From Candidatus Oxydemutatoraceae bacterium (lineage in GTDB: Bacteria; Pseudomonadota; Gammaproteobacteria; Poriferisulfidales; Oxydemutatoraceae), in NCBI GenBank assembly GCA_965218975.1, contig OZ244717.1, positions 1 to 64,000 on the forward strand: a stretch of 64,000 nucleotides of DNA. The letters run 5' to 3'. This document shows, one piece after another, positions 1-10,211 of the stretch. The number at the start of each line of letters is the position of its first letter. The first letter of the stretch is position 1. Made by a program: the position numbers and the translations under genes. The notes under the pieces are model-generated. The model saw nothing but the letters and a program-made list of their open reading frames with translations, ran no database searches and had not been told where the DNA came from.

Positions 1-109
1 GGATTCTTCCCGACGGCTACCGTGAGAAACTAATAATAGTGATTGCATTGCTAACAATACTTCTTAAAATGAACATATATTTTAATACAGTTATGCAGAA
101 TATGCGCTA

Positions 110-772
110 ATGGGAAAGAGTCTTATGCTAATTGGGGTATCGCTGGCGCTTATCTTTGTCCCGTCTTGCGCTAATATAAATGCGCCGATTAAAAAGCTTG
201 GCAAGTCGGATATTGACTTGGTTACCGACATGCATATCAACCGGTTGCAAGAACATATACAGGAACTGATTGTGCAATTGTACGAGCGAAATCCGGAAGA
301 ACTCAGAAAAACACCACAGATGACGATAGAGAAACGGCTAGTACAAATCCTGCAACATTCTACTGATATCGCCTATAAAGAAACGAATTACTTCAACAGC
401 GTTGCTGCTATTAATTTAGCATCGGATAAAGACTATGAAGGCGACCGTGTATTCTCATTATTCTTGGGTATCGGCAGTATGATCCGCTTCTCATATAACA
501 ATCAAAAAGAAGTCTTTATCCTTGACAAACTTGACCCGCAAAAACTGTACGATAGTGCCAGAAATCTGGAGAAGATTATTTGGCGCTTACGCAATGAACA
601 TGGCAAAGCATTGCTAGAGCTAGGACCGGCACACGGAAAAAACTCTTTTGAAGACATTATGACTCGAATGATCGCCATACAAGACATGATGGCAATCATT
701 ATTGCGGATAAAAGTAACCGTATTATTAATCGTGTAGTTTATGGAACCGCGGGTATGTTGATTCCCCTATAG
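110..772 (+). CDS. Conserved hypothetical protein, probable lipoprotein
   Basis: 220-aa ORF; basic N-terminus and hydrophobic stretch ending in a lipobox-like FVPSC; no recognised catalytic motif. Confidence 0.6.
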   Translation: MGKSLMLIGVSLALIFVPSCANINAPIKKLGKSDIDLVTDMHINRLQEHIQELIVQLYERNPEELRKTPQMTIEKRLVQILQHSTDIAYKETNYFNSVAAINLASDKDYEGDRVFSLFLGIGSMIRFSYNNQKEVFILDKLDPQKLYDSARNLEKIIWRLRNEHGKALLELGPAHGKNSFEDIMTRMIAIQDMMAIIIADKSNRIINRVVYGTAGMLIPL

Positions 773-788
773 AGTTGAAAACAAACAC

Positions 789-820
789 TGTTTTTATCGA
801 CTAATGTTTTTATCGACTAA
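789..820. repeat. Perfect 2x16-bp tandem repeat TGTTTTTATCGACTAA
   Basis: Directly visible at 789-804 and 805-820. Confidence 0.9.
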
Positions 821-882
821 GAAGATTTCAAGTCTGTTAAATTGATGGAGGTTGAAGATGTGTTAAGTGTCGCACATATTTT

Positions 883-2796
883 CTTGACTTCGTAGGTTTT
901 GACCTTTGGGAAAAAAATAAATCCTTTATTATCATAGGGTTATCTGGGCGAAGCCGAAAAATCCATTGTAGTGCCCCCAGACTTGTTTTCACTTTTATTT
1001 TGGGTTATCATTCGGGTCTATGTACCTGCGTGAAAAATATGCCCCCGAACGTGGCCGCACTCGCTTGCAGATTGTACGTTCCGTGCGCACTGCCGATGGT
1101 CCCCGTCAGCGTGTGGTGCGGCATATCGGCGCCGCCGACAGTCCCGAGCAGCTTGCATCTTTGCGCAAGCTCGGCGAGGTCACCTTGGAAGAGCTGCGCC
1201 AAGCCGGTACAGCACAGCAATCGCTGTTCACACTGAAGCAGTACGCGGATCTCGCAGCTGAGGCGCGGCTGGCACCACGTCTGGCGCGCTTCAGGGTAGA
1301 TCTTGCCGAATGCCGTGAGGAGATGCGGCTGATGCTTGGGGTGCGCGAGGCGTTCACGCAGATTTATTCGCACCTGGGTTGGAACCAGGTGTTGGGTGCA
1401 CGGCGTACGGCAGCCAACCGCATTCTGCGCGAGCTGGTACTGGCGCGTATCGCGCAGCCGCAGAGCAAGCGTGCCACGGTGTGCGGATTGGAACGAAGCG
1501 GCGGCGTTTCGCTCAATCTCGACCGGGTTTACCAGACTATGGACCACCTTGAGGAGGCGGTGATTGCGCGCATCCGGGAACAGTTTCATCAGGCGGCACA
1601 GAAGTTGTATGATCAGCCCCTCAAGGTGTTCTTCTTTGATTGCACGACCCTGTACTTCGAGAGCGAGCAAGAGGACCCGTTGCGCGCAAAGGGCTACAGC
1701 AAGGACGGCAAACCGCACCGCTGCCAGGTGTTGCTGGCACTGATGACGACCTGCGACGGTCTGCCGGTGGACTACGCACTGTTGCCGGGCAACACCTTTG
1801 AGGGCAAGACCTTGATGCAGGCAGTGACAACCCTGCAACAGCGACATCCGGGTGCTGTATTTACAGTAGTGGCCGATGCGGCGATGCTCAGCCGTGAGAA
1901 CCAGACATTCCTGCAGGAGCAGGGCTTGGCCTATGTGCTCGGCTATCGTCTCAAGTCGACCCCGGCCAAGATCAAGCTGCAGGCCCTCAGTGCAGCAGAC
2001 GATCAAGGCTGGCTCAAAACGCAGGACCTGCGTTACCGGATGATTCGTCACGAAGGCCGGCGGATCATAGTCACCTATTCGCGCCGGCGCGCGCGCAAGG
2101 ACCAAGAAGTTCGGGAACGCATATTGGCACAGTTGCGCCGGAAGTATCAACGCAGCGAGCGCCCGGCAGGTTTCGTGTCGCGCGGCTATACCTGTTACTT
2201 AAGCTTCCCTGCAAAGGGCCGGGTTAAGATTGATGTGACCAAGGTGGCCGATGCGGCGCGTTGGGACGGTCTGCGCGCAATCATCGCGCACGGCAACGAG
2301 GAGACGGCACCGAAGGAGTTGCTGTCGCAGTACCGCCGGTTGTGGAAAGTAGAACATTGCTTTCGCACTAACAAGCATGACCTTTGCATCCGCCCGATCT
2401 TTCACTGGAAGCCGCGGCGTATCCAGGCACATATTGCGATCTGCTACATGGCCTTCTGCTGTTTGCAGCAGCTGCGCCGGCGGCTTAAGGCACTGGACTT
2501 CCCGATGAGCGCGAAACGGACCCAGCGCGAGCTCGACACCTTGCAGTTGAGCATCTTGGTACGTACCGACACACAGAAGCGGTATGCGATGCCGAGCCGC
2601 GCGAGTGCGGACGCCAATAGGATCTACCGTAGTGTCAGCCTGAAATGGAACGAAGCTCCGTTCCCGCTTCCCGACAAGTCACGTCCTGGGGGAAGCTGAG
2701 CGCGGAGCGCTACAAACAACACCGTAATGTAGTGCCCTTGAGAATCATGAGGGCAATAATATCAATCACTTACGAGCCAAAACCTACGAAGTCAAG
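883..2796 (+). mobile_element. Complete IS1634-family insertion sequence
   Basis: Perfect 19-bp terminal inverted repeats CTTGACTTCGTAGGTTTTG (883-901) / CAAAACCTACGAAGTCAAG (2778-2796); flanking direct repeat ATATTTT (876-882, 2797-2803; 5-bp TATTT if the IR is extended by 1 bp); internal TGTAGTGCCC direct repeat (967-976, 2728-2737); visibly GC-richer than host DNA. Confidence 0.93.
1020..2699 (+). CDS. IS1634-family DDE transposase
   Basis: Motifs FFDCTTLYFE, GYSKD, PGNTFEG, VVADAAM, YRRLWKVEHCFR, IRPIFHW..RIQAHIAIC. Confidence 0.93.
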   Translation: MYLREKYAPERGRTRLQIVRSVRTADGPRQRVVRHIGAADSPEQLASLRKLGEVTLEELRQAGTAQQSLFTLKQYADLAAEARLAPRLARFRVDLAECREEMRLMLGVREAFTQIYSHLGWNQVLGARRTAANRILRELVLARIAQPQSKRATVCGLERSGGVSLNLDRVYQTMDHLEEAVIARIREQFHQAAQKLYDQPLKVFFFDCTTLYFESEQEDPLRAKGYSKDGKPHRCQVLLALMTTCDGLPVDYALLPGNTFEGKTLMQAVTTLQQRHPGAVFTVVADAAMLSRENQTFLQEQGLAYVLGYRLKSTPAKIKLQALSAADDQGWLKTQDLRYRMIRHEGRRIIVTYSRRRARKDQEVRERILAQLRRKYQRSERPAGFVSRGYTCYLSFPAKGRVKIDVTKVADAARWDGLRAIIAHGNEETAPKELLSQYRRLWKVEHCFRTNKHDLCIRPIFHWKPRRIQAHIAICYMAFCCLQQLRRRLKALDFPMSAKRTQRELDTLQLSILVRTDTQKRYAMPSRASADANRIYRSVSLKWNEAPFPLPDKSRPGGS

Positions 2797-4136
2797 ATAT
2801 TTTCAATGATTTTCTCTCCAAACTCAGAGGTAGTTACCAAAATTGCACCTGGCATTAGCCGTTGCAGATCGGCATCCACATCTTGGCGGCTAGCCAAACG
2901 GCTCGGACCAGCAGCAATTCCACCACGAGCACGTGCTAAATCATAGGTAACAGTCTTCCTTGCGATCGCGCCACCAACACCTTTGATAATCAAGCCGGCT
3001 GCTTTACTCCAGCCAATATGTTGCAGCATCATGCTAGCAGATAATATTATTGAGCCCGGATTTACGCGATTTTTCCCGGCATATTTCGGAGCACTGCCAT
3101 GAGTTGCTTCAAAAACGGCAATATCACCAGAAAGATTTGCTCCGGGCGCAATACCTATCCCACCAACCTGCGCAGCAAGCGCATCCGAGATGTAATCACC
3201 GTTTAAGTTTAAAGTTGCAATCACATCGTATTCATCAGGTTTCAGTAGAATCTGTTGAAGAAAATTATCGGCGATAATATCTTTAACAACCAGATCGCTT
3301 CCATTCTTTGGATTCTCAATCCGGTACCAAGGGCCGTCATCTATCACCTCGGCGCCAAATTCTTTCTGCGCTAATTCATAACCCCAGTTGCGGAAAGCAC
3401 CTTCGGTAAATTTCATAATATTGCCCTTATGTACTAAGGTCACCGAACTACGCTCATTATCCAAAGCATATTGGATTGCCATTCTGATTAAACGGCAAGA
3501 ACCTTCTTGCGAAACCGGCTTAATTCCAATACCCGAGGAGTTCGGAAAACGAATACCGGTCACCCCCATCCTTGTCTGTAGAAACTCAATAACCTTTTTA
3601 ACCTCTTCGGTACATGCCGCCCACTCAATACCGGCATAGACGTCTTCGGTATTCTCGCGAAATATCACCATGTCGGTTGTATCAGACTTTTTAACCGGAG
3701 TAGGAGTTCCGGGAAAGTAACGAATCGGTCGCACGCAAGCATAGAGATCAAGCTTTTGGCGAATTGCAACATTTAATGATCGCATCCCTTCACCAACCGG
3801 AGTAGTTAACGGACCTTTGATTGCAATCCGATAATCATGAATTGCATCAAAAGTCTCTTGTGGTAACCATTGCCCTTTGCCGTAAACCTGCGTTGCTTTC
3901 TCCCCAGCATAAATTTCCATCCAAGCAATTTTGCGTTTTCCGTCATACGCTTGCTCAACAGCAGCATCAACGACTTTGCGCATTACCGGCGTAACATCAA
4001 TGCCAATCCCATCCCCTTCGATAAAAGCGATAATCGGATTATCCGGAACCTTAAATGCACCTTCGGCATCCTTAGTTACTCCCGCCCCTTCAGCGGGCAC
4101 TTTTATATGCTGATAAGCAAGAGGCACTGTCATCAA
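2784..4136 (-). CDS. icd: NADP-dependent isocitrate dehydrogenase; last codons and stop supplied by the IS1634 right IR
   Basis: [54 protein letters not shown]. Confidence 0.97.
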   Translation of the reverse strand: MMTVPLAYQHIKVPAEGAGVTKDAEGAFKVPDNPIIAFIEGDGIGIDVTPVMRKVVDAAVEQAYDGKRKIAWMEIYAGEKATQVYGKGQWLPQETFDAIHDYRIAIKGPLTTPVGEGMRSLNVAIRQKLDLYACVRPIRYFPGTPTPVKKSDTTDMVIFRENTEDVYAGIEWAACTEEVKKVIEFLQTRMGVTGIRFPNSSGIGIKPVSQEGSCRLIRMAIQYALDNERSSVTLVHKGNIMKFTEGAFRNWGYELAQKEFGAEVIDDGPWYRIENPKNGSDLVVKDIIADNFLQQILLKPDEYDVIATLNLNGDYISDALAAQVGGIGIAPGANLSGDIAVFEATHGSAPKYAGKNRVNPGSIILSASMMLQHIGWSKAAGLIIKGVGGAIARKTVTYDLARARGGIAAGPSRLASRQDVDADLQRLMPGAILVTTSEFGEKIIENILTS

Positions 4137-4158
4137 ACTATATCAAAGCAAAAGCCAG

Positions 4159-5436
4159 CTAGAATTGTTCTTCTTCGGTCGAACCGGTAAGTGCAGTAAC
4201 TGAAGAAGCGCCTCCTTGTATGACAGTAGTTACTTCATCAAAGTATCCGGTACCCACTTCCGCTTGATGACTAGAAAAAGTATAGCCACGCGGCAAAGCT
4301 TCAAATTCTTTTTCTTGCACCATCTCGATATAGGCTGTCATTCCGGTTTTTATATATTGTTCAGACAGATCAAACATGTTAAACCACATGTTATGAATAC
4401 CTGCCAGCGTGATAAATTGATACTTATATCCCATCGCACCCAACTCTTTCTGGAACTTGTCAATTTGATTACTGCTTAACTTCTTCTTCCAGTTGAACGA
4501 AGGAGAACAGTTATACGCAAGTAACTTCTCCGGGTACTCTTTACGGATTGATTCGGCAAACCGCTGCGCTTCATCTAAATCAGGCACTGCAGTCTCGCAC
4601 CACAATAAATCGGCATAAGGCGCATACGCCAAACCTCTGGCAATCGCTTGACTGAGTCCCGCATTTGTCCGATAAAACCCCTCCGCAGTACGTTCACCAG
4701 TAACAAACGGCTTATCATACGGGTCTACGTCAGAAGTCAATAAATTTGCGGCATTGGCATCGGTTCTCGCAAGCAAGAGAGTTGATACACCGCAAATATC
4801 GGCGGCGAGCCGTGCCGCAGTCAGTTTCTGAATCGCTTCGGAAGTCGGCACTAAAACTTTGCCGCCCATGTGACCACACTTTTTCACCGATGCAAGTTGA
4901 TCTTCAAAATGTACACCTGCGGCCCCCGCTTCAATCATTGCTCTCATCAATTCGAATGCATTTAATACGCCACCGAAACCTGCTTCGGCATCTGCAACAA
5001 TCGGAGCAAAGAAATTGCAATACGATTCACCTTTCGCCCAAGCAATTTGGTCGGCGCGTGCAAAAGTGTTATTAATTCTACGCACAACAGCCGGTACCGA
5101 ATTTGCCGGATATAGAGATTGATCGGGATACATTTCCGAAGCAAGATTCGCATCGGCGGCAACTTGCCATCCCGATAAATAAATTGCCTTAATACCGGCT
5201 TTCACTTGTTGCAAAGCCTGTCCACCGGTCAGTGCGCCGAGACAGTTAATATAGGGTTCCTCATTAACCAAACGCCAAAGCTTTTTCGCCCCACGTTCGG
5301 CATACGTATAAGCGACCGGCACCGAACCGCGCAGACGAACCACATCCGCCGCAGAGTAAGTGCGTGTTATATTTTTCCAACGCGGGTTCTCATCCCAGTC
5401 TTTTTGGACTTCCGTAATCATTGTGCTTCTATCCAA
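4159..5436 (-). CDS. aceA: Isocitrate lyase
   Basis: KKCGH catalytic signature, [23 protein letters not shown]-terminal TGSTEEEQF. Confidence 0.97.
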   Translation of the reverse strand: MDRSTMITEVQKDWDENPRWKNITRTYSAADVVRLRGSVPVAYTYAERGAKKLWRLVNEEPYINCLGALTGGQALQQVKAGIKAIYLSGWQVAADANLASEMYPDQSLYPANSVPAVVRRINNTFARADQIAWAKGESYCNFFAPIVADAEAGFGGVLNAFELMRAMIEAGAAGVHFEDQLASVKKCGHMGGKVLVPTSEAIQKLTAARLAADICGVSTLLLARTDANAANLLTSDVDPYDKPFVTGERTAEGFYRTNAGLSQAIARGLAYAPYADLLWCETAVPDLDEAQRFAESIRKEYPEKLLAYNCSPSFNWKKKLSSNQIDKFQKELGAMGYKYQFITLAGIHNMWFNMFDLSEQYIKTGMTAYIEMVQEKEFEALPRGYTFSSHQAEVGTGYFDEVTTVIQGGASSVTALTGSTEEEQF

Positions 5437-5625
5437 TTATTTATCCTCCGTTTTTCATTAGTGCAGCTAACACTTTATTGATGCCACCAGAACTTAACAT
5501 ACAGTAATCGCCAAATTATCGGCGCAATCGGTTTTTCTGCCTTTATTGCCGAAATTCAGCAATCGGCGGGGAAATTTATCTGACTTTTTCTACTTCGAAA
5601 CTTCCCATTCTTTCCAAAAGTTGCA

Positions 5626-6429
5626 TTATTGAATACCGCGCCTTGATATATGCGATTGATCGTTTTTCCGCAGACGGCGCGATAGACGCATTAAGTAAAT
5701 CACCGGACCGGATAAGGCATAAACAAGCGCGGCAAAAAACAGACAGCGCGGTAGATCAATCGCTGCAAGTGTAAAAACAGCCACAATGATAAAAGTAGTG
5801 ATAAACCGAACCTTGTTTCTTAACTTGAGGCCTTTCAAACTGTAATAGCTGAAATTGCTGATCATTGCCGCACCAACCAAAGCAAGCGTGCCGAGTGTGA
5901 CCCAGAGTGTCACCGCAACAATGCCGGGACTAAAGCGAATTAAATCCTGCCATACCCAGATTAACGTGACAACTAAAGCAGCGGCGGCAGGGCTAGGCAG
6001 CCCTCGAAAAATATCCTTTTCGACAGAAAGCGACTGCACATTAAATCGAGCAAGACGCAACACGGTTGTCGCAGTATAAAAGAAAGTGGCCAGCCAAGTA
6101 ATACGTTCGGCAACGCCGCTAATTTCGACATTGGACGATAGCCATAAATACATAATCAATGCCGGAGCAACGCCAAATACGACCGCATCAGTCAAGCTAT
6201 CAAATTCAGCGCCGAAACGACTAACTAAATTCAGCATCCGGGCAACTTGCCCATCCATTCCGTCAAGTACGACGCAAATGAGAATCATCAGAACCGCTAT
6301 ATTAAAATCACCGGCAAATGCACAAATAATTGCATAAAAGCCCAATAACAACGAAGTCGTTGTAATCAGGTTAGGTAGCAAATAAATACCGCCGCGTGGC
6401 TTATACATTTTGATCAATAGGTTATTCAA
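5626..6429 (-). CDS. pssA: CDP-diacylglycerol--serine O-phosphatidyltransferase
   Basis: LLPNLIT, DGMDGQVAR...G..FDSLTD, RLARFN, GLPSP; downstream of ilvC as in Pseudomonas. Confidence 0.9.
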   Translation of the reverse strand: MNNLLIKMYKPRGGIYLLPNLITTTSLLLGFYAIICAFAGDFNIAVLMILICVVLDGMDGQVARMLNLVSRFGAEFDSLTDAVVFGVAPALIMYLWLSSNVEISGVAERITWLATFFYTATTVLRLARFNVQSLSVEKDIFRGLPSPAAAALVVTLIWVWQDLIRFSPGIVAVTLWVTLGTLALVGAAMISNFSYYSLKGLKLRNKVRFITTFIIVAVFTLAAIDLPRCLFFAALVYALSGPVIYLMRLSRRLRKNDQSHISRRGIQ

Positions 6430-6436
6430 CGACGAA

Positions 6437-7438
6437 TCATACCAGCTTATCTTCGGAGATCCAGTGCATCATCGACCGCAAATCTTTGCCGACGTTCTCG
6501 ATCGAGTGTGCGGCAAGTTCCTCACGCGCCGTATGTAATTTCTTCGCTCCGCTCTTAAATTCCTTAACAAACTCCTTGGCGAATGCCCCCGAACGGACCT
6601 CCTCCAGAATTTTTTTCATCGCAGTACGAGAGGCGTCACCCACTACGTGTGATCCTCGGGTGATGGCCCCATACTCGGCAGTGTTGGAAACGGAATAATA
6701 CATGTTTCCGATCCCGCCCTCATAAACCAAGTCAACAATCAATTTTAATTCATGCAAACACTCAAAATAAGCCATTTCCGGAGCATATCCCGCTTCAACG
6801 AGAGTTTCGTATCCGGATTGAATCAAACTAATGACGCCACCACATAAAACCGCTTGCTCACCGAATAAATCGGTCTCCGTCTCTTCTTTAAAAGTAGTTT
6901 CAATAATCGCCGCACGACCACCGCCATTGGCACAAGCATAAGATAATGCGACCTCATGCGCCGAACCACTGACATCTTGTTCAATTGCAATTAAAGTCGG
7001 AACTCCATGTCCTTTGCGATAAGTCGAGCGCACTAAATGCCCCGGCCCTTTGGGGGCGATCATAATAACATCTAAATCGGCACGTGGCTGAATTTGCTTA
7101 AAATGAATATTGAATCCATGTGCAAATGCCAGTGTCGCACTTTGTTTAATATTCGGTTCGACCTGCTCTTGGTATAACTTGGCATGGTGTTCATCGGGAA
7201 CCAGCATCATAATCACATCAGAATTTTTCACAGCTTCTTCTACCGATGCATGCTTAAGATTGGCTGCGATAACCTTTTTAAGTGAAGCTGAGCCGGGACG
7301 CAAACCAACCGTCACATCCACACCCGAATCGCGTAAATTATTGGCGTGCGCATGTCCCTGCGAACCAAAGCCTAAGATAGCAACTTTCTTATTTCTAATA
7401 ATTGAAAGATCCGCATCCTTATCATAAAAAATTTTCAT
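6437..7438 (-). CDS. ilvC: Ketol-acid reductoisomerase (class I)
   Basis: [36 protein letters not shown]. Confidence 0.97.
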   Translation of the reverse strand: MKIFYDKDADLSIIRNKKVAILGFGSQGHAHANNLRDSGVDVTVGLRPGSASLKKVIAANLKHASVEEAVKNSDVIMMLVPDEHHAKLYQEQVEPNIKQSATLAFAHGFNIHFKQIQPRADLDVIMIAPKGPGHLVRSTYRKGHGVPTLIAIEQDVSGSAHEVALSYACANGGGRAAIIETTFKEETETDLFGEQAVLCGGVISLIQSGYETLVEAGYAPEMAYFECLHELKLIVDLVYEGGIGNMYYSVSNTAEYGAITRGSHVVGDASRTAMKKILEEVRSGAFAKEFVKEFKSGAKKLHTAREELAAHSIENVGKDLRSMMHWISEDKLV

Positions 7439-7483
7439 TCTTCCTCCTATCGGTCAACTTAATTACTGCTTAAATATACAGGT

Positions 7484-7981
7484 CTAATTTTTCATTAGAG
7501 CATTGTCCCCTAAACTAATTACACCTGAACGCACAGCTTCGATGATGGAATATTCGGACAAAGCATCCATAAATCTGTCAACCGCATTTGTCGGCGCAGT
7601 GAGCTCAAGCAAACAAGTGCCTCTTTCACAAGCGACGACAACGGCACGATGCCGTTGCGCAACTGCTCTTACTAGTTCATTGCTTTCGCAATCGGGATAT
7701 CCGACTTTGATAAGCAAAATCTCACGCTCGGTGTGCTTGTCTTCACTTAAATTCCGAACTCCAACGACACCAACCAATTTGTTGAGCTGATTAATCACTT
7801 GACTGATCAATTTATCCGATCCGTCTGTCACCACAGTCATACGTGATAATTCCGGCTGACGTGTCTTCGCAACTGTTAAGGATTCAATATTATACCCTCG
7901 TGCAGAAAACAATCCCGCAACGCGAAACAACATCCCCGCCTCATTTTCCAGAAGTATTGCTATGACATGCTTATCCGACAC
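7484..7981 (-). CDS. ilvH: Acetolactate synthase small (regulatory) subunit
   Basis: ACT domain LENEAGMLFRVAGLFSARGYNIESLTV, QLNKL. Confidence 0.92.
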   Translation of the reverse strand: MSDKHVIAILLENEAGMLFRVAGLFSARGYNIESLTVAKTRQPELSRMTVVTDGSDKLISQVINQLNKLVGVVGVRNLSEDKHTEREILLIKVGYPDCESNELVRAVAQRHRAVVVACERGTCLLELTAPTNAVDRFMDALSEYSIIEAVRSGVISLGDNALMKN

Positions 7982-7999
7982 AAGCTTGGGATCGTAATT

Positions 8000-8230
8000 T
8001 TAAGCCTTTTTCAAAAGAAAATAGAATTTGCCGTCCTTCTTATTAGACTTAAGAAGTCCATTACCGGTCTGCTTAGCAAAAGCATCGAAATCCTTCACCG
8101 AACCGGGATCAGTCGATACGATATGCAACACTTGCCCCGGGTCCATCTTCGCCAAAGACTTCTTCGCACGAAGAATCGGTAGTGGGCAATTTAATCCGCA
8201 TACGTCAATTTCTTGGTCAAACTCTGCCAT
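8000..8230 (-). CDS. tusA: TusA/SirA-family sulfur carrier
   Basis: GLNCPLP and STDPGS motifs; start moved to the ATG at 8230, which has a GGAG RBS. Confidence 0.88.
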   Translation of the reverse strand: MAEFDQEIDVCGLNCPLPILRAKKSLAKMDPGQVLHIVSTDPGSVKDFDAFAKQTGNGLLKSNKKDGKFYFLLKKA

Positions 8231-8750
8231 AACCAACTCCTTAATTAAACTATTACATATCCTACCACCCTTGAAAATCATTTGCATCACAATGTACGAT
8301 ACCGTAGCAATTTTCATCACGACTAAAATATCTACCGAACCTTAGTCACTCATGATGGATTCGTTTTCAGCTGAGAAAAGCGCCGGCATAGCAGTGATCG
8401 GTCGCTGTGCGGTGAGTTTCATGCTTACAGCCGCACCACAAACAGAATAGAGACCGTCAGTTCCCATCTGTACCCGTACAGGAATAACGGCGCAAATTGA
8501 TAGTCAGCTTGCCGTAGTCAACGTTGATTCCTTTACCGCCGCTCAGTAATCCAAAATAGTTCATTAGCTATAAACTTGGAAATCTACCCGAGGTGTATCC
8601 CTAGAGTCGCGGCTCGCCCTCAACACCACCTCCTAACACGGATTGAAGCCAGTAAAACTAGAAGTAGCGTATATCTGCTATTATGCAACGCCTCTATAGC
8701 ACATATTAAAAGTAAGGGAGTATAATAATTCGGATCGTGCATCAAAAAAT

Positions 8751-10205
8751 GTGAACAAATTCATTATTACTTATCTGGCTCAAAACACATTCGCTCGCCA
8801 TTGCTTTCAACCGTTCGTCATAGCGCTGGTGGTTGCTTTATTTCCATTCCCGGCGACGGCACAAGAATTCACCGACTTGCCGGACATAGGCGATCCTACT
8901 GCCGCAGTCTTACCACTTTCCAAAGAACAACGGCTCGGCGAAGTATTTGCCCGCGGGCTGCGAGCAAAATTGCCACTGGTTGAAGATATCGAACTAAATG
9001 AATATGTTAGCGCTATTGGCAATCAATTGACGAATGCCCACCCGAATATTCAAATGAAGTTCCATTTTCTGTTGATACGCAATCCGACAATTAACGCATT
9101 TGCAACCATTGGCGGAGTGATTGCATTAAACAGCGGACTATTACTCGTCACACAAAATGAAAGTCAGTTTGCTTCAGTGATAGCACATGAAATCGGGCAT
9201 GTAACCCAACGACATATTGCACGGATGCTGGCGCAACATCAAAATTTCAGTTGGGCAAACGCATTAGCATTACTTAGCGTAATTATTGCAGCAACATATA
9301 ATTCCGACATCGGGCAGTTGGGACTATATACTAGCGCCGCCTTACCGATAGACCAACAACTCGCTTATTCGCGCGCGCATGAAATCGAATCGGATCGAGT
9401 AGGTATAAGACTAATGCAAGCTGCCGGTATTGATCCGATAGGCATGTCGGATTTTTTTTCTTTGTTACAGTCATACAAAGGGCCGGTAAGTATAGTGCCG
9501 GAAATTCTCAGAACCCACCCGCTCACTGTCGACCGCATCAACAATGCGCTAAATTTTACAAAAAGTTCCCGTAAACAGTACCGCAAAGACAGTCCGGAGT
9601 TTCAATTTGCTAGAGCGCGCTTATCCGCGTTATTAAACCCACAAACGGCTCTACGCAGCGCGGGAGATGACCCGGTTGCCAGCTACCAACGCGGTGTCGC
9701 CTTGAGTCTTTTGCAAAGACCGCAGGAATCAGCATACAAATTACGGCAAATACCTAATGGAGAAAACAGTCTGCCAATTCAACTAGGATTAGCACAAGCG
9801 GAGATACTTCAGGGTAACTATGCCGCTGCCGTAAAAATTCTACGGAGACTTGCCGCATTATACCCGCGCCGTGAAACTGTCAGCTATTATCTAGCCCTTG
9901 CACTGCTAAGACAAAACGAACTATCCTTAGCATTTGACATACTACAACCTTTTATAGTCTCAAATCGACATGCGTTGACAAAAAAACTTTTGGCGGAAAT
10001 TACCGCCCGTCAGAAAAGATATGGAATCAGTTATGAATATTTGTCGGACTATTATGCGACAAACGGACACGTTCACATCGCTTTACAACATCTGAAAAAG
10101 GCAATGAGCTTTGATTCCCGGGGGCATGTATTTCTTGCCCGAATCAAAACCAAGCGTAAGCAATTGGAGCAACTAAAAAAAGAGCTAACAAATCCTCTAC
10201 CTTAA
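8751..10205 (+). CDS. bepA: M48 family metalloprotease with TPR region (BepA/YfgC)
   Basis: LPDIGD, INAFA..GG, HEIGH, YSRAHEIESD, THP, C-terminal TPR-like helices; divergent from tusA. Confidence 0.88.
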   Translation: MNKFIITYLAQNTFARHCFQPFVIALVVALFPFPATAQEFTDLPDIGDPTAAVLPLSKEQRLGEVFARGLRAKLPLVEDIELNEYVSAIGNQLTNAHPNIQMKFHFLLIRNPTINAFATIGGVIALNSGLLLVTQNESQFASVIAHEIGHVTQRHIARMLAQHQNFSWANALALLSVIIAATYNSDIGQLGLYTSAALPIDQQLAYSRAHEIESDRVGIRLMQAAGIDPIGMSDFFSLLQSYKGPVSIVPEILRTHPLTVDRINNALNFTKSSRKQYRKDSPEFQFARARLSALLNPQTALRSAGDDPVASYQRGVALSLLQRPQESAYKLRQIPNGENSLPIQLGLAQAEILQGNYAAAVKILRRLAALYPRRETVSYYLALALLRQNELSLAFDILQPFIVSNRHALTKKLLAEITARQKRYGISYEYLSDYYATNGHVHIALQHLKKAMSFDSRGHVFLARIKTKRKQLEQLKKELTNPLP

Positions 10206-10211
10206 AATACC

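Noticed and set aside
1008-2150. 380-aa antisense ORF inside the IS
   Set aside because: Shadow of the GC-rich transposase on the opposite strand; no recognisable motifs
863-2810. Prophage att site at the icd 3' end (e14-like)
   Set aside because: Boundaries are terminal inverted repeats with a short target duplication and a DDE transposase; no integrase and no duplicated icd tail
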